From positions 211,445 through 275,444 of the forward strand of contig OY734805.1 of assembly GCA_963457525.1 (NCBI GenBank): a stretch of DNA of 64,000 nt, in the 5' to 3' direction. This stretch comes from Parvibaculaceae bacterium. GTDB lineage: Bacteria; Pseudomonadota; Alphaproteobacteria; JAPOUT01. Positions 61,501 through 64,000 of this stretch are shown piece by piece. Each line of letters begins with the position of its first letter. The stretch's first letter is position 1. Position numbers and translations under genes: made by a program. The notes below the pieces were generated by a model that saw only the letters and a program-made list of their open reading frames with translations, was not told the DNA's origin and made no database searches.

Positions 61501-62751
61501 CTAGGTGTCGAGGACGCCCTTGTGGGTGACGCGCGGGGCGTTTTTGGAGTCAAAAATGCGCATTTGATCGCCCTCTATCCCGATGGCGATATTCCCTTTT
61601 TTGGCCTCAAGGGCGAGAGCGCCGAAGACGTCCTTCCTCCAGCCGGAGAGGATTGGGTGTTCGTGCTCTTCGTCGGTTTTAGCAATGGCAAAAGCCTCGA
61701 GCGTATTTGAATCGGCGATAAGTTTGGCGGCGACCTTGTGCCGTGCGCACTGAAGCTTAAGGAGGAGTTTGAGCATCTCGAGAAGCTCGGCGCTTGCCTG
61801 CACGAGCGCGGCGGGCACGGCGCTCGAGAGATTTTTGGGAAGCGTAAAATCCGGCTCTTTGGCGCGGGCCTCCCCGGTGGCTACGGCGTTGAGAAGGGAT
61901 TGCGCATATTTGGAATTGGCGAATCCCTGCGGAACGGCGCGCAGACGCTCGATCTGGTTGCGGTTTTTCGGAGCGGCCGCAATGACTTCGTAAAGGCCGT
62001 CGTCTTTGAGAATTCGAGTGCGCGGGACGTTTCGCTGCTGGGCGAGACTCTCACGCCAGGCGGCAACCTCGATGAGGATGCCGAAAGCCCGGCGGGAGCG
62101 GGGCCGCCGGCGCAGCCGCTTCCATGCATCCCCGGGATCAAGGCGGTATGTTTGCGGGGCGGAGAGTCGCGCCATCTCTTCTTCGACCCAGGAAGTGCGC
62201 CCGGATTCCTCAAGTTCCTTGGCGAGAGCCTCGTAAATGTGGCGCAAATGGACAACATCATCGAGGGCGTAAGCAAGCTGCTTGGGAGAAAGCGGTCGAC
62301 GCGACCAATCCGTCAAGCGCGAAGACTTGTCCAAGTTTTCCCCGAGAAACTTTCGCACGAGCGTTGCATAGCTGACCGCCTCGCCGAAGCCGCAGACCAT
62401 AGCGGCAACCTGTGTATCGAAGATGGGCGCGGGAATAAAATCCGCATCGTGGAAGAAAATTTCGATGTCCTGGCGCGCGGCATGGAAAACTTTCACGATA
62501 TGGGGCATGCGCAATAATTCATAAAGAGGCTCGAGGTCGAGAGCGCCGTTGTTGGCGAGCGGGTCGACAACGGCGGCCTCTTCTTGTCCGGCGAGTTGTA
62601 TGAGGCAGAGGCGCGGATAGTAGGAGTGGTCGCGCATGAATTCGGTATCGATCGCGATGAACTCTTCGTCCCGAAGCCGCCAGCATAAATTCTTAAGTTG
62701 TGTGTTATCCGTAATCACCGGGATACCCTCGCTCGAGGGACTCTTTGGCAT
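61501..62751 (-). CDS. rnd: Ribonuclease D
   Basis: IAIDTEF, LCLIQ, KVFHAARQD, FDTQVAA, TDWSRRPL, YAL.DV, HRDC domain; start uncertain (ATG 62751 chosen). Confidence 0.93.
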   Translation of the reverse strand: MPKSPSSEGIPVITDNTQLKNLCWRLRDEEFIAIDTEFMRDHSYYPRLCLIQLAGQEEAAVVDPLANNGALDLEPLYELLRMPHIVKVFHAARQDIEIFFHDADFIPAPIFDTQVAAMVCGFGEAVSYATLVRKFLGENLDKSSRLTDWSRRPLSPKQLAYALDDVVHLRHIYEALAKELEESGRTSWVEEEMARLSAPQTYRLDPGDAWKRLRRRPRSRRAFGILIEVAAWRESLAQQRNVPRTRILKDDGLYEVIAAAPKNRNQIERLRAVPQGFANSKYAQSLLNAVATGEARAKEPDFTLPKNLSSAVPAALVQASAELLEMLKLLLKLQCARHKVAAKLIADSNTLEAFAIAKTDEEHEHPILSGWRKDVFGALALEAKKGNIAIGIEGDQMRIFDSKNAPRVTHKGVLDT

Positions 62752-62875
62752 GATGAAATCTACCGGCGTGTCTTCTACTTGGGGAACAATACGCATGGTG
62801 CCCATTATACTCCCAACCGGCGGAAAAAACCAAACTTTTATTGATAACAACTGGGGATATGCTATGATGGAGCCC

Positions 62876-63484
62876 ATGGACAAGGCGGGCAGGAAAATAG
62901 GCACAGACGCTCTCGATCGCCTGTTCGGGGGCGCGCGCACCCATAATGCGTGGCGCGACGAGCCCGTTGACGACGGCATCCTGCACGAACTCTACGAGCA
63001 GATGAAGTGGGCGCCGACGAGCGCGAATTGCTCGCCCTTGCGGATATTGTTTTTGAAATCGGAGGCCTCAAAGCGGACGCTGGAGCCGATGCTGATGGAG
63101 GGCAACCGCGCCAAATCCATGGCCGCGCCGGTTGTCGCGATTCTCGCCTACGAACACAAGTTTTACGAGCGGCTCGATGAATTGTTCCCGCACGCACCGG
63201 GTTTCAAGAACATGTTCCTCGGAGAGGCCAAGCGGGCTTTCGCCGAGGAGACCGCGATGCGGAATTCTTCCCTCCAAGGCGGTTATTTCATTCTTGCGGC
63301 GCGGGCGCTGGGACTCGATTGCGGTCCGATGTCGGGCTTCGACTCCAAAGCCGTGGACGCCCATTGGTTTCCCGACGGCGACTGCCATGTAAATTTCCTC
63401 TGCAATCTGGGCTATGGCGACGAGGCCGGCGTTCATCCACGCTCCCCTCGCCTGCCCTTCGATGCCGCGTGTAAAATCCTTTAG
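62876..63484 (+). CDS. Nitroreductase family, RutE-like malonic semialdehyde reductase
   Basis: LF..ARTHN.W, APTSANCSP.R, RNSSLQGGY.ILAARALGLDCGPMSGFD. Confidence 0.88.
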   Translation: MDKAGRKIGTDALDRLFGGARTHNAWRDEPVDDGILHELYEQMKWAPTSANCSPLRILFLKSEASKRTLEPMLMEGNRAKSMAAPVVAILAYEHKFYERLDELFPHAPGFKNMFLGEAKRAFAEETAMRNSSLQGGYFILAARALGLDCGPMSGFDSKAVDAHWFPDGDCHVNFLCNLGYGDEAGVHPRSPRLPFDAACKIL

Positions 63485-63501
63485 CCCGAAAGATTCACAA
63501 A

Positions 63502-64000
63502 ATGTCACAAGGCGCGATATTGGCGCTTGATACCGCGCCCCGCAGGCATTTCTCCCTTGTCGTGCTGCATTCAAGCGGAAAACATCAACAGCGCCACTTT
63601 GACATTACCGGCAACGGGCATGTGGAAAGCCTTGCACCCGGCATTGAAAAACTTTTGGCAGACGAGAACGTCACTTTCGAGGACATTGAACGCATAGCGG
63701 TGAACACGGGGCCCGGATCCTTCAGCGGCATTCGGGCGGGAATTGCAACCGCAAGAGGGTTGTCGCAGGCAACCAACACCCCCCTCGTCGGCATCAGCCA
63801 AACGGAGCTGCTTGCAATCAGCGCGAGCCGGCACTCGGAGGAAGAAGGCGTTTTGCTCATCGTGCTGGACGCCGGCGCGCATTTGTTTCTCCAGGCCTTT
63901 TCACAAGGAGAAACCATCAAAGCCCTCGCGCCGCCGCAAAACCTCCCGCACGACGAGGCCCTTGCCTATTGCCGAAACTTCGAGACTCCCCTGCTGGCCG
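63502..64000 (+). CDS. tsaB: tRNA threonylcarbamoyladenosine biosynthesis protein TsaB (partial, runs off the window)
   Basis: Manual translation: MSQGAILALDTA...HVESLAP...IAVNTGPGSFSGIRAGIATARGL. Confidence 0.9.
   Translation, partial: MSQGAILALDTAPRRHFSLVVLHSSGKHQQRHFDITGNGHVESLAPGIEKLLADENVTFEDIERIAVNTGPGSFSGIRAGIATARGLSQATNTPLVGISQTELLAISASRHSEEEGVLLIVLDAGAHLFLQAFSQGETIKALAPPQNLPHDEALAYCRNFETPLLA

Overview
This 64 kb window is GC-rich alphaproteobacterial chromosome. The evidence is conserved synteny: aroA-cmk-rpsA-sppA-ihfB-pyrF-trpFBA-accD-folC, rplM-rpsI-argC, mfd-sdhE-recG-DUF502-glmS-glmU and trxB-lsrB. Most of it is housekeeping: purine, lipid A, Trp and Arg synthesis, ribosomal proteins, DNA repair and sulfate activation. 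Three accessory islets each carry a different class of type V secreted surface protein: an inverse autotransporter (Ve), a classical autotransporter (Va) and a trimeric YadA-like adhesin (Vc). Each gene has a simple-sequence repeat at its 5' end: C36 (currently frameshifted/OFF), C25 (in frame) and (CA)6 (in frame). This suggests a phase-variable adhesin repertoire. Unannotated non-coding architecture surrounds these loci: (i) a ~260 bp element present twice, 47 kb apart, resembling a promoter plus sRNA/attenuator; (ii) a tandem pair of near-identical anti-Shine-Dalgarno sRNA candidates near lsrB/vtlR; and (iii) an array of seven YGATTCG (GANTC) sites, four of them on a 10-bp phase. Other oddities are a tandem duplication of the glmS 3' end bracketing a ParDE module with an orphan second antitoxin, and a GlmU whose uridyltransferase domain has lost its catalytic loop. 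No rRNA, tRNA, CRISPR array, integrase or transposase was seen. All calls are by eye from sequence and motif recognition; no database searches were run.
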